Part shown: positions 53,049 through 62,365 of the stretch, piece after piece
How positions within the stretch are numbered: position 1 is the stretch's first letter
How the letters are laid out: each line of letters starts with the position of its first letter
From: Thermomicrobiales bacterium
GTDB lineage: Bacteria > Chloroflexota > Chloroflexia > Thermomicrobiales > CFX8
NCBI GenBank assembly: GCA_041390865.1
Contig: JAWKPC010000003.1
Location: 342,484-406,483, forward strand
Direction of reading: 5' to 3'
DNA length: 64,000 bases
Notes under the pieces: generated by a model
Database searches by the model: none
Seen by the model: only the letters and a program-made list of their open reading frames with translations
Told to the model about the DNA's origin: nothing
Translations under genes and position numbers: made by a program

Positions 53049-53933
53049 TCAGGGTCTGGAATCTTCGATCTCTACGAGCTCTTCGACGGCGGCGCTGCTG
53101 GGGATGGCCGAGATCCCCCGGCCTGCCACGGACAGCGCCGCCGCGGCTGAGGCGAACCGGAGGCTCCTGCTAAGCGGCTGCCCCTGACCTCGCATCAGAA
53201 AAAGAATAGCCGCGAAGACATCGCCGGCACCGGTCGTATCGATCCGCTCGCCCGGAAATCCTTCGATCTCCATCGTGCGGCCCCGATCGATCGCCGTCGC
53301 GCCCCTCCGGCCGCGGGTGACGACGGCAAGGCCGGTTCGGCTCACGGCTTCGAATGGCTCGCGCAGCATCGCCAGCTCTTCAGACGACGCCACCATCGAG
53401 TCGAATCGAGAAGCCAGCTCGTTCGAGAGCTTGAGCGGCTCGTGCCGCACGCGCGAAGGAAGCTTCGAGTCCCATCTGCGGATCCAGCCCTGCGGTGTCA
53501 CGCCGAGATAGCCCGGCGCAAGCCTCGCCAGCCCTCTCGGATCCAGCTCCTGGGCTACGGGAGCGATATGCATGACTGGAGCCCCGCGCCAGTCTGGCGG
53601 CAGGCCGCTCAGATCAATCTCACCGCCCCAGGCATGCAGCGTCTGCACCCGGCGGTCGACGACTTCGGCATTGGTGAATGTCGTCGTGGCCCGGGAGGAC
53701 TGGATGACGAGCTCGACTTCGTTCGATACGAGTTCGAGATCGCGCCGGACATCTCGCGGAAGGTGGGCGATATCGCCGCGGGTCAGCACCCCGACGCGGG
53801 CGCCGGAACGAGCAGCTGCAAGCGCTGCATAGGCCACCGAACCACCGAGCGCCGCACCCCAGGGCATGCGGTCGACGGTGAAGTGACCGATGGCGACAAA
53901 ATCAGGCGTGCCGGGATTGCCCGCCGAGGTCAT
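53049..53933 (-). CDS. PfkB-family carbohydrate/nucleoside kinase
   Basis: DTTGAGDVFAA signature. 294 aa. Confidence 0.85.
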   Translation of the reverse strand: MTSAGNPGTPDFVAIGHFTVDRMPWGAALGGSVAYAALAAARSGARVGVLTRGDIAHLPRDVRRDLELVSNEVELVIQSSRATTTFTNAEVVDRRVQTLHAWGGEIDLSGLPPDWRGAPVMHIAPVAQELDPRGLARLAPGYLGVTPQGWIRRWDSKLPSRVRHEPLKLSNELASRFDSMVASSEELAMLREPFEAVSRTGLAVVTRGRRGATAIDRGRTMEIEGFPGERIDTTGAGDVFAAILFLMRGQGQPLSRSLRFASAAAALSVAGRGISAIPSSAAVEELVEIEDSRP

Positions 53934-53958
53934 GGCTTCTCCAGTGCGATTGCGTTGA

Positions 53959-54693
53959 CTAATTCGGCACGATGGTGACGCGCCGCATGGGTTCCTCGCC
54001 GCTCGACTCGGTCGAGACGTCCGGCTGGTTCTGGAGCGTCAAGTGAACGACGCGCCGCTCGTTCGGCGGCATCGGCTCGAGCGAGATCGGACGCCGGTTG
54101 CGCACCACCTGGCGGCCTACCCGTTCGGCAAGGCCGATCAGTGATTCTTCGCGCCGGATGCGGTATCCCTCGACATCGATGATTGCCCGGACCCAGTCGT
54201 CGGTCTGACGGTTCAGCAGCAGATTCACGAGATACTGAAATTGGCTCAGATTCTCGCCGCGCCGCCCGATGAGCAAGCCCAGATCGCGCCCCATGATATC
54301 GATGAACACCGTCGGAGGATCATCCGCGCCGACCGGCATCACCGACGGGTTGTCGACCGCCACGACATCGGCCTCGACCGCCATCCGGTCGAGCAGATCG
54401 ACAACAATGTCCTTCACGAGTTGCTCGTACTCTTCGAGAACATCGTCCCCGACGGATTGCCGGGCTGCCGGTGATGATTCCTGCGGCACCGGCTGGGGTC
54501 GTCCGCCCGAGCCCTTGCGGGTCACTCGCAGGAGGACTTCGCCGTCACCATAGAAATCGTTCTCGATCTCGGCCAATACCTCGACCGTGACATCCTCGGC
54601 CTTGGCGCCTAGTTGCTCCAATGCAAGCCGTAGCGCCTCGTCACGGGATCGCGCCTGAATATCAACGCTCGCTCGTCGGTCCATAGTTTTCAC
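53959..54693 (-). CDS. jag: Jag/KhpB RNA-binding protein (Jag_N, KH, R3H)
   Basis: KH region with IGRRGENLSQFQYL and R3H region with PMPPNERRVVHLTL. It sits directly downstream of yidC. Confidence 0.85.
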   Translation of the reverse strand: MKTMDRRASVDIQARSRDEALRLALEQLGAKAEDVTVEVLAEIENDFYGDGEVLLRVTRKGSGGRPQPVPQESSPAARQSVGDDVLEEYEQLVKDIVVDLLDRMAVEADVVAVDNPSVMPVGADDPPTVFIDIMGRDLGLLIGRRGENLSQFQYLVNLLLNRQTDDWVRAIIDVEGYRIRREESLIGLAERVGRQVVRNRRPISLEPMPPNERRVVHLTLQNQPDVSTESSGEEPMRRVTIVPN

Positions 54694-54751
54694 TCAATCC
54701 CCTAGATCGCAGGCTTCGTGGATTCCACCCGAATCCCGGCACGGACGCCGC

Positions 54752-55774
54752 CTAGTCGGAAGACGTTGCGCGATCCGTTCGGCGACGCTTGCCTCGCCTG
54801 CGTACCTGCCCGCCGGATGCGGTAATTGTGACGACGCCTTCGGGCAGTTCTTCATCTTCGGTTTCGATGTCGTCCGGCTCATGCGCTTCGGGCTGAGTAC
54901 TCGCCTGAAGCCGGGCCTTTTCTTCCTGGCGTTTCTGCAGCTCCTGGGTCTTACCTTGCATCCAGCCGAAGAAGCCGCCGATCTCGCCGGTTCCCTGGGT
55001 AGCAGCCGCGCCTGCCGGCTTCGGCTTCGGCCGGCCGAGACGCCGATCCTCCGGAAGCTCTGGAAGCCAGGGGAACCAGTCCTTGAGCGAGCCCCAGCCG
55101 GTGATGAACCACTGCTGAACAACAGAATACAGACTCTGGAAAGCCCAGTAAATGACGACGCCGGCCGGGAAATTCCAGCCAAAGAAGACGACCATCAGCG
55201 GCATAAAGTTCATCATGCTCTGCATCATTGCCTGCTGGGGATCCCGGACCTTGCCCTGATTGGCCGGCCGTGACATGCGCATCTGGATGAACTGGAAGAC
55301 GCCCGCGAGAATCGCGATCGGCACGATCGGGAAGAAGATGAGCTCCCAGCGGTCGGGCGAGCCGAGATCCTGAATCCAGAGGAAGCCTTCGGCGAAGTGC
55401 CCCTGGCGCTCGTTGGATAGCTCGCGAATGGCGAAGTAGAGAGCGAAGAAGATCGGCATTTGCGCGATCATCGGGAGACAGCCGCTGGCGGGGTTTACCC
55501 CGTGCTCCGCGTACAGCTTGAGCGTCTCTTCGGAAATCTTCTGCCTGTCTTTTCCGTACCGTTTCTGAAGATCCTTGATCTTCGGTTGCAGTTCCTGCAT
55601 CGCCATCGTGGAACGGACGGACTTGATCGTCAGGGGAAGCAGAATCGTCTTGGCGATGATCGTGAAGATGATGATAGCCAGGCCGGCGCTACCGGTGTAA
55701 TCGGCAAGGCTCGTCAAGCACCATTCGATCAGGTCAACGAACTGATGCCATGGTCCGAGAATCACGTCGAACAT
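54752..55774 (-). CDS. yidC: Membrane protein insertase YidC/Oxa1 family
   Basis: LPLTIKS..MQELQPK...GCLPMIAQMPIFFALY. The tail is Lys/Arg-rich. Confidence 0.9.
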   Translation of the reverse strand: MFDVILGPWHQFVDLIEWCLTSLADYTGSAGLAIIIFTIIAKTILLPLTIKSVRSTMAMQELQPKIKDLQKRYGKDRQKISEETLKLYAEHGVNPASGCLPMIAQMPIFFALYFAIRELSNERQGHFAEGFLWIQDLGSPDRWELIFFPIVPIAILAGVFQFIQMRMSRPANQGKVRDPQQAMMQSMMNFMPLMVVFFGWNFPAGVVIYWAFQSLYSVVQQWFITGWGSLKDWFPWLPELPEDRRLGRPKPKPAGAAATQGTGEIGGFFGWMQGKTQELQKRQEEKARLQASTQPEAHEPDDIETEDEELPEGVVTITASGGQVRRRGKRRRTDRATSSD

Positions 55775-55920
55775 GTCGGAAAGAAATCCTCTCGGAATTC
55801 GAATAGGTGGTCCTTGGGGACCGCATACAACCCGGAAGCCCTGAAGATATACAGTTCAGGAATCGGCTTCCGAAATAAGACACGATATCCTGACAAGGCA
55901 AAGTCACACTCGATGATACC

Positions 55921-56319
55921 CTAACGTCCGTCCGGGAATGAACCACTGCCGGCTGGATCAGTACCTAGCGGTGGCACATCCCCTACCAGTCCGGCTCTGT
56001 CCAGGACTGACTCGATCGCCTCGTCGACCTCCCGCTGTGTCGTTTCCGGTTTCACACGGTTCCTCGCAATGAAGACAATGTCGAAACCCTGCCGAAGTTT
56101 CGGGTGGATGTTCCGGACCGACTCCCGCATCAGCCGCTTGGCGCGGTTGCGGGCGACGGCGTTCCCGACTCTGCGGCCGACGGCGAAGCCGTACCGGTTG
56201 GACTCCCTGGCGTTCGGCATGACGACGGCAACAACGAGCCCACTCGCCCAGCTCTTGCCCTGGGAGCGGGCGCGTTCGAAGTCAATCGGGCTGCGTAGTC
56301 GGAATTCACGCGCGACCAT
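55921..56319 (-). CDS. rnpA: Ribonuclease P protein component
   Basis: GFAVGRRVGNAVARNRAKRLMRE is the RNR motif. Start taken at MVAREFRL (56319). Confidence 0.85.
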   Translation of the reverse strand: MVAREFRLRSPIDFERARSQGKSWASGLVVAVVMPNARESNRYGFAVGRRVGNAVARNRAKRLMRESVRNIHPKLRQGFDIVFIARNRVKPETTQREVDEAIESVLDRAGLVGDVPPLGTDPAGSGSFPDGR

Positions 56320-56392
56320 ATCGTCTGCCTCACACAGAGAAGAAGCCCACCGTACACTGGTGGGCTTCCATGGATTCAAGCTGAAATGGACG

Positions 56393-56560
56393 CTAGCGCT
56401 TGTTGGTCGGCTTGAACTCGGTGCTGACCGACAGTTTCGCTCGTCCCTTACGGCGACGTGAAGCGAGGACCTTGCGCCCACCCTTGGTCTGCATGCGGCT
56501 TCGGAAGCCATGCTTGCGCTTCCGAGGAATTCGTCGCGGCTGATATGTCCTCTTAGGCAC
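56393..56560 (-). CDS. rpmH: 50S ribosomal protein L34
   Basis: [42 protein letters not shown] start preceded by GAGGGTGG. The C-terminal extension is about 12 aa longer than usual. Confidence 0.85.
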   Translation of the reverse strand: MPKRTYQPRRIPRKRKHGFRSRMQTKGGRKVLASRRRKGRAKLSVSTEFKPTNKR

Positions 56561-56739
56561 GGAACCACCCTCTCTCATGCTGATTGCTGCCATGCCGGGC
56601 ACCAGGAGATCCCCGGCCGGGCAAGACTACAAGCCTACGCAGACCGTCCCCCGCTGTCAAATCGTTACGGAACTCTTGCAGCATCCGCTGCGCCCCATCT
56701 AGCATGCCCCAACGACCAACGATGGGGAGGGGAACCAAC

Positions 56740-58209
56740 ATGAGAATCGCAAGGGGTGGCGTCATTCATGAGACGAACACGTTTTGCAAAGGACTGACGC
56801 CGGCGGAAGACTTCCGGCAGCTCGCAGGGCAGGAGATCATCGACGCCCATACCGGCGTACGCAGTTACCAGGGCGGGGTTATCGAGGCGGCCGGCCGCCA
56901 CGGATACGACCTCGTGCCGATCTTCGTCGCCAACGCAACGCCCTCGGCGACGATTGCCCGGGACGCCTACGAATCGCTGCGCGACCGGGTACTCGACGGA
57001 ATCCGCGACGAGGGCCCGTTCGACGCCGTCTGCCTGACCTTGCACGGCGCCGGCGTCGCCGAAGGCTACGACGACATCGAGGGCGATATCGTCAAAAGAA
57101 CGCGCGAGATCGTCGGCGACGACACGCCGATCGTCGTGACACTCGATCTCCACGGCAACATGACCGAAGAGATGGTTCGCCACGCGGACCTGTGTCTCCC
57201 GTGCCACTATTACCCGCACATCGACATGTACGAGCGCGGTCAGGAGGCCATCGACACTCTGGCGCAGATGGTTGCCGGCGAGGTGCAGCCGACCTCCCAC
57301 TTGACGGTCCTTCCGATGGTCATCGCGACGACGACTTCGAATTTGCCGCCGGTCAGCGAGATCAACGAGCTGTGTTTCGAGAAGGAACAGGAAGACGGCG
57401 TCCTCGACTGCGCGTTCTGTCACGGATTCGCGCCGGCGGACATTCCGCAGATCGGCATCACGATCCTCGCTACGACGGACGGCGATCCGGAGCGCGCACG
57501 GGCGGTGTCCCAGGCAATCGCAAAGGCAATCTGGGATCGGCGCGATGAATTCCCCCACACGCTTAGAAGCGCCGAGGAAGCGATCGAAGCCGCGTTGGCC
57601 ACGGAAGGTCGGCCGGTGATCCTCAACGAAGCCTCGGACAATCCTGGAGGCGGCGGTCCCGGCGACGGAACGCATCTCCTGCGAGCGATGCTTTCGGCCG
57701 GGTTGAAGGACGCGACGTTCGGCCACATCTGGGACCCGGAGGTTGCGGCGCAGGCGCACGAAGCCGGCCCCGGCGCGACGATCGACGTCCGTCTCGGCGG
57801 CCGGACGGAGGAGCTGCATGGCGAACCGATCGAGGCGACGGCCTATGTCAAGTGCGTCACCGACGGCCGCTTCATCCAGCAGTCGCCGATGGGACAGGGC
57901 GCGAGGATCGACCTCGGCAAGATGGCGCGTCTCGAGATCGACGGCATCGACGTTCTCGTATCCTCTCGCCGCGCGCAGACGCTCGATCCGGAGGTCTTCC
58001 TGCTCCACGGAATCGACGTGATGCGCTACAAGATCGTCGCGATCAAATCAAGCGCCCACTTCCGGGCCGGATTCGAGCCGATCGCCCACGCGATCATCCA
58101 GGCTGACACGCCGGGTCTTAATTCGGTCGATCTTTCGGCCTTTACCTATAACCGGGTTAACATGCCGGTCTGGCCACTCGATCCGGACACCACCTGGGAA
58201 CCGGCCTGA
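56740..58209 (+). CDS. M81-family metallopeptidase (MlrC-like, DUF1485 N-terminal domain)
   Basis: MRIARGGVIHETNTF at the N-terminus. Also TLHGAG and SDNPGGGGPGD. Start set to the ATG at 56740, preceded by GGGGAGGGG. Confidence 0.8.
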   Translation: MRIARGGVIHETNTFCKGLTPAEDFRQLAGQEIIDAHTGVRSYQGGVIEAAGRHGYDLVPIFVANATPSATIARDAYESLRDRVLDGIRDEGPFDAVCLTLHGAGVAEGYDDIEGDIVKRTREIVGDDTPIVVTLDLHGNMTEEMVRHADLCLPCHYYPHIDMYERGQEAIDTLAQMVAGEVQPTSHLTVLPMVIATTTSNLPPVSEINELCFEKEQEDGVLDCAFCHGFAPADIPQIGITILATTDGDPERARAVSQAIAKAIWDRRDEFPHTLRSAEEAIEAALATEGRPVILNEASDNPGGGGPGDGTHLLRAMLSAGLKDATFGHIWDPEVAAQAHEAGPGATIDVRLGGRTEELHGEPIEATAYVKCVTDGRFIQQSPMGQGARIDLGKMARLEIDGIDVLVSSRRAQTLDPEVFLLHGIDVMRYKIVAIKSSAHFRAGFEPIAHAIIQADTPGLNSVDLSAFTYNRVNMPVWPLDPDTTWEPA

Positions 58210-58216
58210 TAGCTAC

Positions 58217-58242
58217 GGGTGAGCCGGGATTCCGGCTCACCC
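58217..58242. terminator. Bidirectional hairpin between convergent M81 peptidase and cupin genes
   Basis: gggtgagccgg gatt ccggctcaccc forms an 11-bp stem with a 4-nt loop. Confidence 0.65.
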
Positions 58243-58245
58243 GAT

Positions 58246-58578
58246 TCATTCTTCCCTGGTCGATCCCGCCGCGAAGAAGACGAGGATCGTCAGGTCCTCG
58301 GTGATGCTGTGAAACCGATGTTCGGCGCCGGCCTCGACGTAGATGATCGATCCGGGCCGCGCCGGAACATCCTCGTCGCCGGCCATGAACCGGCCAGATC
58401 CGCTGATGACGTAGTACACCTCATCTTCATCGTGAGGTTGCTGCGGATCCGGCCGACCGGCGGGTAGCACGTAGATCCCGCAGTTAAGGTCCGGAACCCG
58501 CAAGAATTCGTGATAGAGATCCCCGCCTGCCCGCTGCGCCGCAAGGAGACGGTCAAGCTCGAACGATTCCATCGTCAT
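58246..58578 (-). CDS. Cupin domain protein (110 aa)
   Basis: PHDEDEVYYVISGSGRF...YVEAGAEHRFH. GGAAGGTAGG RBS upstream. Confidence 0.75.
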   Translation of the reverse strand: MTMESFELDRLLAAQRAGGDLYHEFLRVPDLNCGIYVLPAGRPDPQQPHDEDEVYYVISGSGRFMAGDEDVPARPGSIIYVEAGAEHRFHSITEDLTILVFFAAGSTREE

Positions 58579-58625
58579 CGATCCTACCTTCCGATCAAGC
58601 AGTGTCCACGCATGGGATATTGAGC

Positions 58626-58663
58626 AAAAAGGTACGGGCGGCCATAAATCGTTGGCCGCCCGT
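58626..58663 (-). terminator. Rho-independent terminator (minus strand)
   Basis: On the minus strand: acgggcggcc aacgatttat ggccgcccgt acc ttttt. This is a 10-bp GC stem followed by a T5 run. Confidence 0.7.
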
Positions 58664-58849
58664 CAGGGGAGAGGAGGAGAAAAACGATCGATGAACGTGG
58701 TGTGAGCCGCGATCCGGGGGAGAGATGTTGGCTCCGTTCGCCGTTCTGTATATATCTTCGTCCAGCCTGTGCCAGAATGACATCACCCATAGGAGTGAAC
58801 CAACCCCCTCTGTCTGGCTACCCGACGCTAGTACTCCCGGGACACACTC

Positions 58850-59995
58850 CTATTTCGGCGGAAGCGCCTCCAGCAGACGCTCGATATCGTCCTCGTTGTT
58901 GTAGAAGTACGGCGAAACCCGAACGCAGCCGCCTCTGAGCGACAGCGAGATCTTGCGGTCGTTCATCTCCTCAACGATCGACGCGTTCCGGTCGTGGTCG
59001 CCGGACGAGAACGTGACGATCTGCGAGCGATGCTCCGGACTCCGGTCGGAAACGATCTCGTAGCCGGACCCGGCGAGGCCCTCGACGAGATAATCCGCGA
59101 GCTTCGTCGTCTGTTCGGTCATCGCCGCCGGCGTCGCTTCGCGCAGCATCGTCAGCGATGCGCGCATCGCGGTCAACGACATGATGTTGAGGCCGCCCGT
59201 CTGGTAGCGGTCGGCCGTATCGCGGAAATTGAGCTGCCAGTTCTGGTCCTCGGCATCGGCGTCGACCGACAGCCGGCCGACGTAGGTCGGATAGATCCGA
59301 TCGATCGAGCCTTTGTTGAAGACGACGACCGCATTGCCAAAGCTCGACAGCAGCCACTTGTAGCCATGCGCCGCGATAGCCGTCACGCCGGTCTCCTCGA
59401 GGTCGATCGGGTGGGCGCCGAGCGACTGGGTGCAATCGACAAAGAGTTCGATATCCCGGTCCCGGCAGAGCTGCCCGAGCGCCTTCAGATCGTTCCGGAA
59501 GCCGTCCTGCCATTCGATGTGGGACAACGCCACGGCGCGCGTGTTCTCATCCATCGCGGCCTCGAACAGCGCGATGTCGGTCCGTCCCTCGTCGTTCTGG
59601 TCGATGAAGCGAACCTCGACGCCCTTGCGCTGCAGGTTCAGGAATGGATAGACAACAGACGGAAACTCATGGCCGGGGATGAGCACGTTGTCCCCGGACT
59701 TCCAATCGAGGCCATTGCCGAGCAGATTCATGCCGTCCGCCAGCGAGCCGACGAAGGCGACGTTGCTGGCGCTGCCGCCGGCAAGCTCGGCGATGCCTTC
59801 CCGAACATCCTTGACGACAGTCGCGCCGTAGTCCTCCGCCACGTCCGGGGGGCTGCCCCAGTTGGCTGCGTACTGCTGGACGGCCTCGATCGTCCGGGTC
59901 GGAAACGGCCCGAGGGCGGCGTGGTTCAGATAGGACCAGGTCGAGGTTAGTGGAAATTCCTGCCGGTAGGCGGTGACGTCGACCGCTGTACTCAT
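58850..59995 (-). CDS. Class V aminotransferase-fold PLP enzyme (cysteine desulfurase/epimerase-like)
   Basis: AIAAHGYKWL carries the PLP lysine. Also ALSHIEWQDG. 381 aa. Confidence 0.85.
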   Translation of the reverse strand: MSTAVDVTAYRQEFPLTSTWSYLNHAALGPFPTRTIEAVQQYAANWGSPPDVAEDYGATVVKDVREGIAELAGGSASNVAFVGSLADGMNLLGNGLDWKSGDNVLIPGHEFPSVVYPFLNLQRKGVEVRFIDQNDEGRTDIALFEAAMDENTRAVALSHIEWQDGFRNDLKALGQLCRDRDIELFVDCTQSLGAHPIDLEETGVTAIAAHGYKWLLSSFGNAVVVFNKGSIDRIYPTYVGRLSVDADAEDQNWQLNFRDTADRYQTGGLNIMSLTAMRASLTMLREATPAAMTEQTTKLADYLVEGLAGSGYEIVSDRSPEHRSQIVTFSSGDHDRNASIVEEMNDRKISLSLRGGCVRVSPYFYNNEDDIERLLEALPPK

Positions 59996-60149
59996 CTCTC
60001 CTCCAGATCATGGCATTCCTATTGGCGTCGGCGACCATACTAGCAGCGCATCCCGCACCGGGAAAGGCGGGCAGCCACGGCTCTGACGAGAATCGAATGC
60101 TGGCGTAGGATAGGCGGCAGGTTGGACCGCCGATGGAGGACTGAAGCTC

Positions 60150-60827
60150 GTGAAAAATCATGCACTCGAAGCACGCTGGCGACCGAGGCTCGTCCTGTTC
60201 GACCTCGACAACACCCTTTGCGATCACCGGACCTCGCTGCTCATCCGGCTCGACCATGCCTTCCGGCAGGCATTTCCGGACGAAGATCAGCGCGAGCGCC
60301 TCATCGCCGCGTCGGTCAAGATCGCGACCGACGGCACCGAGCACTTCGCCCGGCTGTTTGAAGAGGAAGGAGTAACCTCGCCCGAGATCCTTGATATGGC
60401 GCTCGATCGCTACCAGTCGGATCGGTTCCGGGGCCTCGAACTCTTCGAGGACACGCTCGACGCGATCGACGCGGTGAGCAAGAAGTACCAGGTTGCGATC
60501 ATCACCAACGGTCCGACGGACATCCAGCAGCCGAAGATCGACCTCCTCGAGATCGAGCCGCTGTTCTCGTTCATTCTGATCTCGGAAGACACCGGCTTCT
60601 GGAAGCCGGATCCGAGAATCTTCGAGCTTGCACTGGCCCACGCCGGCGTGCCGGCCCACGAAGCGATCTATGTCGGCGATTCTCCCGACCATGACATCGC
60701 CGGCGCCAAAGCGGCGGGAATTCCCGCTGTCTGGATGAACCGGCTCGAAGAGAACTGGCCCGGCGGATCGCGCCCGGACTATGAAGTGAAGGACTTGCGG
60801 ACGCTGCTCGATTGGCTTGACGTCTGA
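60150..60827 (+). CDS. HAD-superfamily hydrolase (subfamily IA)
   Basis: VLFDLDNTL motif I, ITNG motif II and YVGDSPDHDI motif IV. GTG start preceded by GGAGGA. Confidence 0.85.
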   Translation: MKNHALEARWRPRLVLFDLDNTLCDHRTSLLIRLDHAFRQAFPDEDQRERLIAASVKIATDGTEHFARLFEEEGVTSPEILDMALDRYQSDRFRGLELFEDTLDAIDAVSKKYQVAIITNGPTDIQQPKIDLLEIEPLFSFILISEDTGFWKPDPRIFELALAHAGVPAHEAIYVGDSPDHDIAGAKAAGIPAVWMNRLEENWPGGSRPDYEVKDLRTLLDWLDV

Positions 60828-61045
60828 CCCGTGGCCCCTCGGTCGTGACGATTCCAAAGTCCATCGTATTTCAGCCGCTGGACTGCGCGCGGTCGAGAGC
60901 GTCAGGGAAATGCCCGTCCGCTCGGTATAATCGTTGTGAAATAGGGGATTAGATTCCCGCAAATACCCGGCACGACATTACGACCGTGTATGACAGACAT
61001 CACACAACCGTCGACATAACAGACACAGAGGGGCATGGATCGCAG

Positions 61046-61999
61046 ATGATTCGCCGCATAAAGCTCGCTCATGAAATGGGATATTGCTGGGGCGTTCGAC
61101 GCGCCCTCGACATCATCCAGGAGGCCGGCAGCCCGGCCGAGCCGGTCGCCACCATCGGCGACGTCATTCACAATCCGCAGGTCGTCGAGCGACTGCGCGC
61201 CGGCGGCGTCGATACCCGCCCGGCCATCTCGACCGCCGCGACTTCCGGCTTCAAGCGCGTCGCGATCACGGCCCACGGAGCGGGTCCGCACATGGCGAAC
61301 GAAGCGACCGAGCATGGCGTCCAGCTCATCGACACAACCTGCCCGCTCGTCACCAAGGTGCAGCGCCTGGCGCAGAAGCTGGTCAAGCAGGGCTACTCGA
61401 TCGTCGTCTACGGAGACTCCTACCATCCCGAGGTCAAGGGCATTATCGGCTGGTCCGGCACATCGCGTGCGTACCCGGCCAAGAAACTCGAGGACCTGCC
61501 CTGGAACGCTCCCCGCGGCTCTAAGGACCCCGATGCCGAGATGCCCCCGCGTAAGGTCGCGATCGTTTCCCAGACGACGAAGAACAGCGATGAATTCATG
61601 GAGTTCTGCAACAAGCTCTCGCACTGGGTGCTCCCCGAGGGCGGCGAGCTCCGCATCTGTAACACGATCTGCGAACCGACCTATACCCGCCAGAACGCAC
61701 TGAAGGATCTCGCCCGCGAAGTCGATCTGATCCTGGCGATCGGCGGCAAGAAGTCGTCGAACACGGCTCGCCTTGCCGAAGTCGGGGAGCAGCTTGGCGT
61801 CTCCAGCCACCATATCGAACGGCCCGAGGACATCGAGTGGGACTGGCTCGACATCGATGGCGACATCGGGATCACCGCCGGCGCATCGACGCCGGACGAT
61901 GTGATCCAGGAAGTCATCGACTACCTCGTCGAACGTGGATTTGAACCGCCGGAAGAAGGTCTCCGAGAGTATGACCCGGAAGCGACACCGTCGTTCTAG
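61046..61999 (+). CDS. ispH: 4-hydroxy-3-methylbut-2-enyl diphosphate reductase
   Basis: MIRRIKLAHEMGYCWGVRRALD, ITAHGAG, DTTCPLVTKV and ICNTICEPT carry the three cluster cysteines. Confidence 0.9.
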   Translation: MIRRIKLAHEMGYCWGVRRALDIIQEAGSPAEPVATIGDVIHNPQVVERLRAGGVDTRPAISTAATSGFKRVAITAHGAGPHMANEATEHGVQLIDTTCPLVTKVQRLAQKLVKQGYSIVVYGDSYHPEVKGIIGWSGTSRAYPAKKLEDLPWNAPRGSKDPDAEMPPRKVAIVSQTTKNSDEFMEFCNKLSHWVLPEGGELRICNTICEPTYTRQNALKDLAREVDLILAIGGKKSSNTARLAEVGEQLGVSSHHIERPEDIEWDWLDIDGDIGITAGASTPDDVIQEVIDYLVERGFEPPEEGLREYDPEATPSF

Positions 62000-62328
62000 C
62001 GACGCGACGCGCGAGTCGATCCGCCAGACAGCGATCGCCGCTCGCCAGGCCGCGAAGCAGGGCAAGGAAATCGATCTCGACCCGGCAAGCGAGCTATTTT
62101 TCGCCTTCGCCGGTCCGCTGCTGCTGCAAGCCCGGAATGATCGAGAGTTCCAGGGCAGCGGCGGACATCGCCGAATTCGTCTGGTTCAGCTCTCATTTCG
62201 ACGCGTCCCGGCAGGCGGAGATGCTCCAGCAATTCATCGCCGAGCGGGGCGTACCGGACGAAATGGTTCCCTGGCTCATCGAGGTCTTCGCCGAGCTTTC
62301 CGAGCGCAAGATGATCATGGCCGGTTAG
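61971..62328 (+). pseudogene. Small conserved-looking protein split by a frameshift near 62150-62157
   Basis: Frame A reads MTRKRHRRSSDATRESIRQTAIAARQAAKQGKEIDLDPASELFFAFAGPLLLQARNDREFQ and then turns Arg-rich. Frame B, from the same point, reads AAADIAEFVWFSSHFDASRQAEMLQQFIAERGVPDEMVPWLIEVFAELSERKMIMAG-stop. Confidence 0.5.
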
Positions 62329-62365
62329 CCGTGGCTCCCGGGCGGCCGATAGGACACGGGCCACC

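Noticed and set aside
56561-56739. oriC/DnaA-box cluster upstream of rpmH.
   Set aside because: No TTATCCACA-like 9-mers are present and there is no AT-rich unwinding element. Isolated near-matches elsewhere (for example cttatccag at ~2745) are single and unclustered.
58760-58776. Sigma-54-like TGGCAC-N5 element on the minus strand (ttctggcacaggctggac).
   Set aside because: The -12 element is GGAC rather than TTGC, and no enhancer-binding-protein gene is nearby.
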